Assembly: GCF_018977255.1 (NCBI RefSeq)
Contig: NW_024704743.1
Location: forward strand, 31,436,001-31,500,000
Direction: 5' to 3'
From: Callorhinchus milii
Taxonomy: Eukaryota
Length of the DNA: 64,000 nucleotides
This document shows, one piece after another, positions 35,831-48,990 of the stretch. A program made the translations under genes and the position numbers. How positions within the stretch are numbered: position 1 is the stretch's first letter; every line of letters begins with the position of its first letter. The notes beneath the pieces were generated by a model. The model was not told the origin of the DNA and did not search any database. It saw nothing but the letters and a program-made list of their open reading frames with translations.

Positions 35831-36113
35831 ATCAGGTTCTGTTTGCAAGACCTTGGCTTGAAAGGAGCCTATTGGAATGAAAAGCTGAACCTAGCAATGA
35901 TTACTATCCAAGAAGAAGAATGAACAGCTTCTTCAATATCAACACTTTCTCATTAATTCACTGTGGTGTCTGTCTCGATTGAGCTCGTGCATGTAATGGT
36001 GTGTGAGAACTCCTATGAGATGTTAAAGACCATAAGTTGCATTTTGTTCAACAATTCAAAAGAAAATTGAACCAAGCAAGTTCCTCATCCATGTTCTTTC
36101 TTCATTTCCTTAG

Positions 36114-36191
36114 GTACTCGCTGCACGTTTTTATAGAAATATTTCTGTGCTACTGCATCATGACGCTGGCAAAGATCAAGAACATTCACAA
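36114..36191 (+). CDS. MBOAT1: MBOAT1 coding exon 3: YSLHVFIEIFLCYCIMTLAKIKNIHK
   Basis: ccttag|G TAC...CAC AA|gtacgt; 78 nt; phase consistent. Confidence 0.95.
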
Positions 36192-38654
36192 GTACGTTAT
36201 CTCATCTTTCGTGAAGATATGAATCAATTTGAAAGTTTTTTTTAAAAAAATCTGATTGTGGGATTGCTTTGTTAACATTACCATAGTTGCTTTGCATTTT
36301 ATATTTGCGTTTTGTTTCCCCTTTCTCCTCCTCCCGGTCTCATTGGTGCATGAAACCCTCTCCCAACTTAGATTGCAGATGGCTGACTTATCCCAGGCCT
36401 TTGACAGAATTACAGGATGTAAAATAATTTGATGTTATATGGTACAATATTCAGGTGATCCATTTAATTTTCTTTTTATGCTTTTTTTTACAAAAAAACT
36501 TGCCATTGCCCATATTAAGGCTCATCAGCTGTCTGAAAGTACAGAGCACTGCATAGTGGATTGAATGCACTTTCTCCGTGTTGTATGATTCTCTGATACA
36601 ACTAAAGATTCATACCTTGAAATTTGCCCAATGAGCACAGTGGCATCTGAAGCTACGCTCGAGCAGTTGAAACTCTCTTTCCTATCCTCACTGCAATAAT
36701 TCTCATCTGCAAGATTTCAGATTTTCTCATTACTTTTGATTTGCCTTTCTATTCTTAGTTCTGTTTGATCCTTCTATTTGGCTTTCCCAGCTGTAATCTG
36801 GAGTCTGATTATAGTTTTAGATGGACTGTATGATGTGCTTGGTTTCATGACATTCCTCTTTCAGTAGCTGTACATGGTAATTATGTTTTGGTTTGTATGC
36901 AGCATGGCTGTGTCAGTTGTGGGATGCAAATCTTATACCACATAGAACTAGAAAACATTGAATGTGAAACAGGCAATTTAAGTCTGCTGCTTCCCACAGA
37001 TATCACAATGTCTACCATATGCTACGCTTTCTACTTCCGAGAGGAAAGTTCAAAAGCATAATCTTAAGAACATTGCTTCCATCCGGGCATCTTAAAAATT
37101 GTACACCACATTCCTAATGTGGCCTAACCAGTGAATACCAACCTTTCTTTTGACTTAAAGTCACGTGCCTTCGACATGCAAGCTGGTATTGAGTTTATCT
37201 GTGTTGTTGAGGATGTCCCAAAGTGCTTCAAGGGGTATATTATAAAGTGTAGTGACTGCTTTGTGGGTGACACAGCAGCCAATTGGTATGCAGCAATGTC
37301 CCTCTACAGCCATGAAGTAAATAACAAATTTTATTTGAGGGATTGTTGGGCAAGACACCAGGAGAAACTACCTTCTTATTTTGAATAGCCCAGGGAACTT
37401 TAGCTTACCCAACACAAGTTGCTCTGTGTAAGAGTAGGTGTAGGTATAAAGCAGTGTTTATTTTGGACACCTTCTACTCGCAGTAGAAACAAAAACTGCA
37501 CGGAGGCACAGCTTGCTTTGAGGCATGATTTACAACCTCTGTACTGTAATAAACAAGGAAGGGCTGTCTCTCTCATTCCCCCAATGCAGTATATGCCACT
37601 CCCCTTCCTAATACCTCCTTCAACCCCACCAACTCATAAGATACCATTCTTGTACTAATGACTCAATTTATTAAAATTGAATTGAAATTGTATGGTGTTT
37701 CACGCATTGCATTTGAATTATGGAGGAGCACGACCCATGCTAACTTATTCCTCCTCCCATTGCCTCTTTCTGAAACGCAATATTACTGCATGTCACATAT
37801 GCTTTGGCTCTCTGGTTCGATTCCCAGGGGGATAAGAATAATAGTTTGCAATAGGAAAGGAAGAAAAAGTCGCAAAATCGAACTGTGCTAACAGAACTAA
37901 CTCTACCCACTTCCAGTGCTCTGTCCAAACAAGGGAACAAATGCCAATGCCTTGGATGAGCAGAATGAAGGTGTCCCTTCTGCACGCACCTTTGATCATT
38001 GCACATGGTCTGCAAATCAAAGCAGATTTGCATACCTTTTGGCGTGCTTTTTGGTGTTTGAATCAAAGACGTTCTGACAACAAGCTTCCGCCATCCATTC
38101 CACACAGTCCCTTGCGGAGAGTGCACAAGCGTGAAGGGTTAACAGTGGAGCCCTGCTCTCTATACAGAGTGGGAGGTATTGAGCCCTTGCATGGTGGATA
38201 CTTCACAATGTCAAAAACACCTTCAATGGAGCTCGTCCTTTCACGATATTTCCAGCATCCTGGTGAGGCCCTCTCTCTGGCACCGTGAGGCGGACACCCC
38301 TTGCATTAATTAGTAGAATGAAGGTGACCCTCCTCCAATCTTTGTTCAATATCTTTTTTTTTGTTTTGGTTGAATTGGATTTTTGCTTCTGCTGAGTTTT
38401 CTATAAGAACACAGAAGAGATAGATATAACTTAACTCTAAAGGCTTGTGAAATTCTATATCTACACATCAGGTTATTCAGCCCACCTCTCTGAATTCCAG
38501 CATGTTAATGTTTCAGTCATCCTGAGCCCCTATTGTTACACACAAATTTCCTGTCCTTCCAGTTCCCACTTACTAACTGAAGAAAGATTGCCTGAGGTTA
38601 AATGATACTCTGAAGCTTGACTATGCCACTGATGGCATTGGTAGATTGTCGTAT

Positions 38655-39158
38655 TGCCGTTTATCAAGGTCGAGCATCAAACTCCCTGCTTGTGGGCCTC
38701 CCCAACTCCTCCCTCCACAGGCTGCAGATCATCCAGAACTCTGCAGCCCGTGTCCTCTCCCGCATTAGGCTCCGTGACTCTATATCCCCATCCTTGACCA
38801 ACTCCACTGGCTTCCCATCACACAGAGTATACAGTTCAAGATCCTGGTCTTCACCTTCAAAGCCCTCCATGGTCTTGCTCCCCTCTACCTCTCTGATCTC
38901 CTAACCCCCTACCACCCTGTTTGCTCCCTCTGCTCAGTGGGCTCCAGCCTGCTTCACATCTCCTGCCTTGGTCGCCCCACTATCGGCGAGCAGGCCTTCC
39001 GCCACTCTGCACCCACCCTCTGGAACTCCATCCCAGAGTCCCTCCATCTCGCCCCCTCCCTTGCCACCTTCAGGACTCACCTCAAGACCCTCCTTTTCGA
39101 CTGTGCTTTCGATCTACATGACATGGCGCAATATCAAATGCAAAGATTATTATTGTTA
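38655..39158 (+). mobile_element. L2 3' fragment
   Basis: NSLLVGLPNSSLHRLQIIQNSAARVL and APTLWNSIP...FRTHLKTLLF. Confidence 0.9.
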
Positions 39159-39600
39159 TAGAAGGAGGGGAGCTTAACTTCTCTATGGTGTCAAGAATAC
39201 TCACCCCAGTGGTGCATTGACTCCTGCGTCATTAAAGGCCCAGCTCGCCCATGCATTAACTTTATGTGATAACGAAGAACAGACCCAATATAAATGTTGC
39301 ACCTCCTTATTATTTTATTATCATATTATTACTTAAGTATTCAGTTAAATATTTTAAATGCCTTTGTATTTACATAGGACTTTTGCTGCAGTGTCTTTAA
39401 GTAAGTGCTAATTTGCACTAACAATTTGCCTTCCGCATTGAAAGTCATATGAGTTAAAGAATCTGCAGTCCTTGTTTTAATTTTAATATTTGCTTGAAAT
39501 TATTTAAGAAAACTGCAAAGCAGGGGTATGTTCTATGGTGTGTGTGTATGGGTGTATTCGCATTTCATGGAGGTAACCACTCTTGTTTCCTGTTTCTTAG

Positions 39601-39696
39601 GTATTCATTTGTAGCAGCACTTGCCTACCTCACCCTGTGCCAGATTAGCAGAGTATATATCTTTAGTTATAAACTCTTGTCCACAGATTTCTCTGG
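39601..39696 (+). CDS. MBOAT1: MBOAT1 coding exon 4: YSFVAALAYLTLCQISRVYIFSYKLLSTDFSG
   Basis: ttcttag|G TAT...TCT GG|gtaagt; 96 nt. Confidence 0.97.
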
Positions 39697-41384
39697 GTAA
39701 GTCTCTTGTTTTTAAAAAAAGTTTTGTCAGCTACTGGATTATGGAACTGATATCTATGGGAAAAGTTGAAGAATTGTATTCAATTGCCCTGATAAATAGT
39801 TATATGTTTTTTTAAAATCTGCACCGGGAAGTAAAGAGGTCCTGTACAAAAATTAAGTAGCTGCAGATTTTGATGTGGGTTTAGTTCCAATCACTTAATT
39901 ACCACGGGATCTTATTTCATATTGTTTCTCTCTGTTGAACATTGGCTGTGTGATATCTGTCAGAGATTAGTGAAAGGAACAAAAGGTTTTTTTTCTCTGT
40001 CTACAAACAGTTGACACCAATGTTGTGGAGGGAAGAGGGTGGACTGAAAGGGGATCTTTTTCTACAACGTCAAGCTACAACTACTTAAATGGAAGAACAC
40101 AGAATACTTGTAACTGGAACTACCACAATAATTAGCACGGGAGGAGGTCTCGGGAGATAGATAATTCCCATTGCTCTTTTCCATTCTCTGAATTTGACTC
40201 TCATTAATATTGCAGAATAGGACTCAAGTTGTACCCTGTTCACATCATGGAATCTGCTTCAGTGGCTGCTTTTTAGTATTAACCTGAGTACCAGTGTGTG
40301 TGGGGGGAGGGAGGGTGGGGGTGGTGGTGGGTATGTGGGGGTGCTGACACTGTATTGTGTGGGTGGGTTATTGAAGGACAATGAAGTTACACGTGGAAAT
40401 CCAATGGAAAAGCTTCAGCAACTCTTCTCCCCCACCACATTGAACATATTGAAGGGAAAGGTAGATGAATATTTGATAGGTGGCGGTATCCAGGGTGAAA
40501 GGGCTAAATTGTAAATCAGCTATGATCTAATAAATGCTGGAGCAGGCTAGATGGGCTGAATGTTCTAGGCCTGTTCCTACGTTATCTTCCCAATCACCAG
40601 GTCCTGAATGTTTTTTTTTCCTTTTGTATTGTTTTTCCTCATGCAGCACCCTGCTCCCATTGTTGAGAATGAGGGGTGGGGTTGGAGGGCACCTCTGCCA
40701 GCCTTGCACTGCACTGCTATTTGTGCCATTCGTGTGAGTGGTGGGTGGGTTGACACGTCCGCCAATGCTCATTTCCCTTCCTCCGAGGAAGGGCTCATCT
40801 CCGCTCGGTGCCTCACCACTTGCCATAGCTGAGGCTCGAGAGCTGCCCTGGGGAGGGGTGGTGAGGAAGAAGATGATGGGTGCAAAGCTCTGTGTTGTAG
40901 CCTGATGTACTGTGGTTATATAAACTGAATATGCCGGTGTCAGCCTAAGAACAGCTGACAGTGGGATTCCGAGTAATAAAGAGCCCTCGCCCAAATGCTC
41001 TGTAAAAATCCTGAAAAAAGATTATTTTACTAATTCTTTCTGCCGGATTTTAAGAGACCGCTATTAAAGGGCCAGTCCTGCCAGTCAGGAGAATGACCAG
41101 CTTTGTTTTCCTCATTTAAAAGGGATGGATATTCTGGAAGGAGATCAAATGGGCCAAAGCTCCTACATCCAAACTGTATCATCTCATTCTGTCAATATTC
41201 ACGTTAATGGTGCTATTTACATCGCCAGTCAAAGGAACTGTCTGTGCTGCTTGTGGTGAGTCACAGTGAGTGAGAATGTGAGGTGGTAAGAGACAGTGTC
41301 CTCTGACCTTGAATAATTGATTTCAGCTTGAAAACTTAAATTGAGAAGTTCATGTTCTTGCTCTCAAATCACAATTACATATTT

Positions 41385-41880
41385 AATATTTATATGCTCC
41401 CGCTTGGTGATATCAGCCGCAGGCATGGGGTTAACTTCCACATGTATTCAGATGACACCCAACTCAATCTCTCTGCCTCCACCCTCGACTCCAGGACCAC
41501 TGCTGTGCTGACATAGTGTCTATGAGACATCAAGTCCTGGAAGGATGAGAGCTAACTTTCTCCAGTTGAATGTCAACAAGACTGAGGCCCTCCTGCTTGG
41601 CTCCCGTCAATATCATCTCAGGCGCTGGCAACATCACTGTTCATGGATACACACTCCTCACCAAGACAGTATGGAACACTGGTGTCTTGTTTGACCCTCA
41701 GCTATCTTTTAAACCCCACATCCATGCCATGACGCATTCTGTCAAGCCCCCCTTCATCGCCCCCAATGCCACCTCCACATCATTACCCGCCTCCTCCACT
41801 ACCTCACCCCTCAGGCTGTTGAGTCCTTGATCCACACTTTCATCACGTCCTGGCTTGACTACACTAACTCGCTGCTCACT
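41385..41880 (+). mobile_element. L2 RT fragment
   Basis: HMYSDDTQL and GVLFDPQLSF. Confidence 0.85.
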
Positions 41881-43819
41881 CTATTTGAGAGGGGTTTCAG
41901 ACTTTTCGCTGGAGAACTACTCTATCTTTAGATGCTATTGTTGAATATTCAATGAAGTCTAATTTGTGTGTTGGCTAACCGGGTGTAAAATACATCTGTA
42001 CAGAGGGTATTTAATATTGTAATTGCCTTTAATGTAAATAACTATGGACGTATCTAGTGCTGCTGCTGCTACTGCCTTTATCTGTTCAGTGATGCCAGGG
42101 TTTGGGCTATATGGATATAGTCCAGCCACCTTGTGCTGCACCAATGCAGAGAGCAGGGAGGCTCAGCTCCCTGGTCATATCGTGCTCCAAAACAAAACCT
42201 GAACCTGAAAATCCACAGCAGGTCATTCAGCATCTCAAAAGAGAAAAATAGATGAATAGTTCAGATTTGACCCCTCATCAGAGATGGGTGGCAGGAGCTA
42301 AGTGGGGCGCAAGAAAGTCCCTCTTCAGGATAGAAGTGGAGCAAGTCGGAGGGGAAAAAATTAGGAAGAATTTTAAAGAAAAGAAATGAGAGACAGAGGA
42401 TGTGACTGTTCAGTCCACAAGTGGTCTCTGGTAAATCGCCCTTCTATGGAAACTAGTTACTGGTGGGGGGTGGGATAGGGGAACAATTATAGGGAGTTAA
42501 GAGAAAAGTGAACAATGTTTGAAGTACGCAAGCTTTCCTGTGTTTATTATTTTGAAGTTAGTATTTTACTCTCCGTGGATTTTTGATAAAACATTGTAGC
42601 CTTTTTGTTTTTTGTATGTATTTATGGGAAGTTCACCATTTAAGTTGGCTGTTTTTAAACTATTTACCCATGGATTCAATGTACTTATTGCTCTATTTGT
42701 CCATTTTGTCTTTCTTGCATTAATTACGTTGATCTGTCTTCTTCTTTTCCTTTTACGCATAGTGGATTATTATGGTGAGTTTTTATTCTCTGTGTGTGTG
42801 TGTTTCGTGTGTTGGGTTTTAAGAGCATCATGTTGCATGTAAGACGATTTGAGCATTCGTAGGTCTGTATATTAGCCTCAGAATATGGCTGAAAATGTAC
42901 CTTTGCTTTGAGAACCAATTCGGGCTCTAGTGCATGGCACAGTGGGAGAGTGAGGCCATAGAATCTCATAGGAATTGAACGAAGCAACATTTCTGCATTA
43001 TAGTATTTTTGTGTGAAAAAAATGATTGCAAGATGTAATCTAAGGGAAATGACACTTTTTGTGACACTTCGTGTAGTTGATTCATGTGTACAAATTTTGA
43101 TGGAGCGTGTGTGCCTGTAATCTGTATAATCAAATTACAAAAGCATTTCCCTTGTTTCCAAAGTAGATCAAAAAATATGCAGTCAATTCACTTTACCGTA
43201 TATTCTGAGAAGCGCTTTGAGACGTCTCGAAGATGTGATAAGGCACTGTATCAAATGCAAGGATTATTATTATCAGATCATCTGGAACCAACAGACCCAT
43301 CTTTCAATTAATACGCCATTTGTTGGGACCAATCTGGGGCTGCAGTGCTTAGAACGAAAGTAAAGAAGTAGTGACCCAGTGTTTATCTGCTTTATTTAAT
43401 CACAGCTTTCTTGAACAGTGATAATGTGCAGCGGTTGGGAAATAATTCCTGTCTGTATGTACAGTGCAGCATTTTTCAAAGTGTAGTCCTAAAACAAGCT
43501 TCTTCCATCCTTATGCATTGACTTGTACATTTCACATCTACAATCTTGGCTCCTGGCAAACTGCGCGATCTATGACCCTTCTCTCCTGATCACTGCCCAA
43601 TTGTCCAATGGCACTTTTCATACAGGTTTTATGAACTGTTGACTTTGGACAAAAAATGGGTTCTGATATCATCGTCTTGTAATATTAATTGTCTGGGTTT
43701 ACGAATGAGGTATGAGGTGAGGGATCAGACATCCAGAATTAGTCATTATCTTCATGAAAGAACATGGAAAATGGAGGTGGAGGCGAGACTGAATGGATGA
43801 AGAAAAAAATTATGTGATA

Positions 43820-44000
43820 ATAATAATAATTGTAATGCTTGCATTTGATATAGCGCTTTTCACCTCTTCTAGCTGTCGCAAAGCACTTCACAGAATATAC
43901 TGCAAAGTGAATTGACTGTATATTTTGTGGGAGAAATGTGGCAGCCAATTGTGCACAGCAGTGTCCCACAAACGGTTATGGATTGAGTGACCAAATTATT
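43820..44000 (-). mobile_element. 5'-truncated SINE
   Basis: Deu segment plus tail. Confidence 0.85.
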
Positions 44001-45834
44001 ATTGAATCTGGATACTTTGCCCTGTTGGGATTCAGTAGATTCTTCAGAACATTTCTTTTGCTGTTGGCGTTTTGTTGAGTTCTTCTTTCCATTCCCTTGT
44101 AAACAATTTTGTTATGAACATTCATATATCCTTTTTAAAAAAAAACACATTTATTTAAAATGCAAGTTAAATTGCATTAAAACAGAGGTAGATATTAGAC
44201 ATAATCATTATGCAAAGTAACCAAATGTAAGTCTGTGCTGACGCCAAAGAAACCACCAGTTGACTGATTCCACGTAATAGTTGAAACCAATTTGGCCTGT
44301 TACGACATTGCTGTGTAAAACCGTTACTTTTAAACTAATTAATAAATAATATTAGATTTATATATTAATAAAACCTGCACAGATGCAGTATCAGGAGTGG
44401 ATCGGTGGGTGTAAATAATTGTATTACTTCCTGTTTTTCCTGTTTTAAGTCTCCTGGGAGGTATCTTTCCTGGCGGAGAGGACAGCCTGGGGGCCTTGCT
44501 CTCATCCCTTTCACAAAGGCTGATGTAGAGACTGTTCCTGGGAGGCACAGGTTCTTGGTGCCTGGCCTCCTCTCCTCTTCCCTGAGGCGAAGGCCTTGCC
44601 CTTTATTTGTTGCACTATGGAAAAAGGGATTTCATTATATAAGGAGTGCACCGGTGCTCAGTGATAAAGTTAATCATATTCAAAGGAGCCCTGGTGCTGT
44701 GACGTGGATCCTTTGGCTGAATCTGACTTCTCGTTTGTTTTTTGTGGCCAAATTTTTCCATTTCTGTGGTGGGGGAGGGGGAAAACACACCAGATGTAAG
44801 CGTCTGTATTGTGAATATGCCAATAAAGGAAAATACATCAAGTAAATACAATGGGAAGAAACAGTCACTCAGTCAAAACCAACAGAAAACAGGCCACAAA
44901 AGAACTGTAGTTTTTATGGAGGAGGAAAGAGGAAAAAAAGTGCCATAATAATAAATACCCTTCCATTTTATCTGGTGACTTATCACAAAGTCGAAAAGTC
45001 TGAAAGTGCTTAACAGGATTCATATAAGGGTAATGACTGTATTTGTAGACAAATGTGGCCAATTTGCATACAGCAATCTTCCACAAACAGCCACCAGCCA
45101 TTTTCGAGCATGAGTTGCTAATGGGTCTTCCAGTTTTCAGAGTCAATTATTTTTCTTCCTTTTCCTTGCCCCATCCCAAAACCTGTTTCCGTTCATTGAA
45201 GTTTATGAAACCCATGTGTTGAATCTCTGCAGTCCTCCTAGGGCAGCATATCAGCAAATAAAAAGCAATCTTTAAAGCAACATTAAAGCTGCCAGTCTAA
45301 ACGGATGAGCTGTTATATACCGTACAAAAACTCCTGCATTTGAGCGCAAAACTGCTTCTCTGATACAAATTGTGCCTCATATTGATTTGCCTATAAACTC
45401 CCCATCCTCAAAGTGCCACAGATTCCTACATTTTATTTTCCCCTCACCCCTCATCAATGCTGAAATCTTACATATCAATTACTTCAGTGAGTTAATTGCA
45501 TACAATGAATGCTTAGGTTAAACCAGAAATGCAAAACGCATTCAAGCAGCTGTTTCCCCAGCGCTGTGCACACTCAATCCCTCAATAATTCCCCAGCCAC
45601 GATTGTTTAATATTGTCAAGTCAGTCTCTTTAGTTTTGAGTCTCCAGTTATTCCCTCAAATGCTCGTAAAGTATTTAAGAACATTTAATGCGGTGGGAAT
45701 TTATATCTAGTTTTTAGTCTCTGAAGTTTTCCAGTACATTAATTAAATCCTATAACTGAACATCTGAGACTTGACTCTTTGCAGCAGGAAGCAATGTTTA
45801 CTGTTCAATGATAATTTTGACTACGTAGTCAGGA

Positions 45835-46240
45835 GTCAGCCATGCTCAGTTGAATCGCACTCTCGCCTCAAAGTCAAAAGGCTGTTGGTTCAAGCTCCAT
45901 GATGAGAGGCTTTGACCTCATACTTTAGGCTGACACTCCAGGGCAGTGCTGGGGAGAGCTGCATTGTTGGAAATGCTGTGCAATATTAACTTGGGTTGCC
46001 TGATCAGTGGATGTTAAAGATCCCATGGCACTATTTGAAAAGAGAAGGGGTTTCTCCCATTGTGCTAGCCAACAATCCTCTGGATAAAATATGTCATTCA
46101 CTTCATGATTGCTTGTAGGACATTGCAATGCAAATTAGATGCTCTGTTCCCCTCCAAAATACAGTGGCTCCACTTTATAGTAACTCTTGTGAAATGCTTT
46201 GAGAATTGAAAGGCGCCATATTAAATTTAAGATTATTATA
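45835..46240 (+). mobile_element. SacSINE1-like DeuSINE, near full length
   Basis: tRNA-like head (CTCAGTT...GGTTCAAG) and GTGGATGTTAAAGATCCCATGGCACTATTTG. Confidence 0.8.
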
Positions 46241-46764
46241 TCAGAGACATTTAGGATCTACCTGATTTAGGGATGCTATTCTTAATGCCAGCGATTTGTT
46301 TTCCTAATTGCGCATTAATTGTCGGCACTTCAATTCTGCAGGAAATTTGCAGCCATCGCCAGCCCCCATCCTTTTCATCCCAACCTCATTTTGCAGCCAA
46401 CTCAGATCCCAGATATGTGGTCACCGATTGGCAGTCGAACCTAGTGCCATCACTCACTCACTGATCGAGTTAGAGCAAATGATCTTTGACATCCTTTGCA
46501 CCATATAATTAAAATCTTAATTATGATTGGATGAGGCACTGGAGGGCTGCTGGGGACCGAATAGAATTGGACCAAAGAAATTTGGGGTTAGATTTAATTG
46601 GACGGTGACAAGGGGGTGAGGCAGAAAGCTTGCCCACTGAAGGTTGGGCAGATGAGGCGCGGACTTGAAGCAGGTTGGTATTAGCTGAATGGAGGAAGCG
46701 GATGGGTCAGTAGGTCACAGGTGGTCACAGAGGGAGGGTGGGATGAGGCAATGGATGTAATCAA

Positions 46765-47275
46765 CGTAGAATTATTGGTTAGGCCACAACTGGAATACTG
46801 TGTTCAATTTTGGACACTTCACTTCTGGAAAGATGTTAAGGTGTTAGAGGGGGTGCAGAAGAGATTGAGGAGAATGATGCCAGGGTTGAGGTGATAGTTA
46901 TGAGGCGAGACTGGAAGTTTGGTATTTTCTCATTGGAGCAGCAAAGGTTGATAATGAAAGTGTTGTGAGAGGTTTTGACAGAGTAAATAGTGCAAAGTTA
47001 TTTCTACTTAAGACATAGATGTGAGACAGTGACAAAAAGAGCAAAAATATTTTTTTTCACTGAGTTGTTGGCACCTGGAATGCACTACAAGTAAAGTGGT
47101 AGAAGCAGAATCCACTTTGGCAGTTTCAAGAGGGATGTAGATAGGTATATGAAGGATATAGGCTTGGAGCGATATGGGGATAGAGAGGGGTAGTGAGATT
47201 GAATGTACAGGTTGCTCTGAGAGCTGGTGCAGACTCAATAGCCAAATGGTTTCTTTCTGTGCTGTATTTATCTAT
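46765..47275 (+). mobile_element. CR1 3' fragment
   Basis: [13 protein letters not shown]...LEGVQKR..RMMPGL. Confidence 0.9.
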
Positions 47276-47613
47276 GATACAGCATTGTACAACAGTTTAA
47301 TCTGAGAACATGTCTCCAACGACTAAATTCGCAACCACTAACAGCTGGTACACAGGACACGATGGAAATGAACAAATAATGTATCTGCATGTAATTTGTA
47401 AAGTAGTTTTGTGCAGCATTTTCAGATGTTTCCTGTGTAAAATGAGCTGTATAAGTGCAAATTGTTGTTTTGTTGTGGATTGTTTCTTCATTATTGAGGT
47501 CAGCCACCTGACGTGGTCAAAATTCCTCTGTCCGTTTGCTGACCTAATTTGTGAGATTCCACGGTATCAGCATTAATTCTGAAATCTAACGCTATTTTTA
47601 CTTTACTTTCCAG

Positions 47614-47669
47614 GCCATTGATGATCATCACCCAGAAAATCACCAGCCTTGCCTTTCAACTGCATGATG
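47614..47669 (+). CDS. MBOAT1: MBOAT1 coding exon 5: PLMIITQKITSLAFQLHDG
   Basis: ttccag|G CCA...GAT G|gtaagg; 56 nt; conserved MBOAT motif. Not in the ORF track. Confidence 0.97.
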
Positions 47670-47849
47670 GTAAGGATTGGACAGCACTCTGTCAGGCCAG
47701 TAATCTGTAAAAAAGCAAAGTGTTATTTTTTGGCACTTTATTATGTTAAAATGTTTGACTACTTAGCGTAGAATTACTTTTAAACTCAGTGACAGTTTTA
47801 TAGGTAAATGCAGCAGCTATTTATGTTAATAACAATAATAATGTTAATA

Positions 47850-48370
47850 ATAATCCTTTAGTATAGCTCCTTTCGTGTCAGGAAGACGTCCAAAGCGCTT
47901 CATAGGATTTACTGTTGAGTGATTGTGTATTTGCAGATGAATGCAGCAGTCTAATTGCGCACAACAATGTCCCACAAACAGCTATAGAGTGAGTAACTAA
48001 TTTAATTTGGGGGATTGTTGGCCGGGACACTGGGAGAATCTCTCTTCTCTTTTTGAACGTCCATCTGAACAGGCAGATGAGATCTCAGTTTAATGTCTCA
48101 TCTGAAGGACGGTACCTCCCGATAATCTGCAAACAGTCGCGAGGTGAATGACCATTTAATCTTGCAAATTGCTGGCCTGGAGAATCACTTCTCTTTTTCA
48201 AATAATGTTTACCTGATCTCAGTTCAGTGTTCCATCTGCAGGACCGCATATCCGAGAACTCACCACTTTTGACAGCGTTTCACTGGAGTGTCAGACTCTG
48301 AGCTCACGTACTAACTTGGGGCTTGAACACACACAATCTTCAGACCCGGAGATGAGTCTGCCACCAGTCT
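47850..48370 (-). mobile_element. SacSINE1-like composite
   Basis: Tail, Deu and head segments with an internal duplication. Confidence 0.7.
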
Positions 48371-48712
48371 TTAACTTTCCTCCGAACGTCTCCAGAACCA
48401 AGCTTCTGCGGTTTTGCTTTATATTTCTGATGCCTGTTCAGGAAATGAATGTTGCATCTAACGCATGAATTAAAACTCGGCAGAGAGTTTTATTGCGTTT
48501 AAGTTCGAGCAATTTCTGTTTCCAACCCAAATTCCTGGTGCAGACAGTGACTAGAAATTGGTCAGAAGGAGTACTTTCTCTTCAAAAATACTTCCTCTTA
48601 ACTCAATTAGCAAGATATAATTTCTGTATTAATCTTCACTGGTCAAACATTCTCCATTCACTGAGAAGCACAATGATGCACTGATGGAAGAAACATCCCT
48701 GAATGTCTCCAT

Positions 48713-48990
48713 TGTGGAGTCCTGTAGCTCAGTGGTTAGAGCACTCGCCTTGCAAGCGAGAGATCTGGGTTCAGTTCCTGGCAGGGCGAAACCTTGGGCA
48801 AGTTTCCTTATTCCACACGCCTGATAATAATCCCTCAAGAAAAAAAAAGATAATAAATTGGTCACTTCAATCCATGACTGTTTGTGGGACACTGCTGTGT
48901 GCAATTGGCTGCTGCATTTCGCCCACAAATATACAGTCAATTAATTTTACAGTATAACCTGTGAAGCGCTTTGAGACGTCGCGAAGACAT
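48713..48990 (+). mobile_element. SINE, short subfamily, lacking terminal repeat
   Basis: GTGGAGTCCTGTAGCTCAGTGGTTAGAGCA head. Confidence 0.9.
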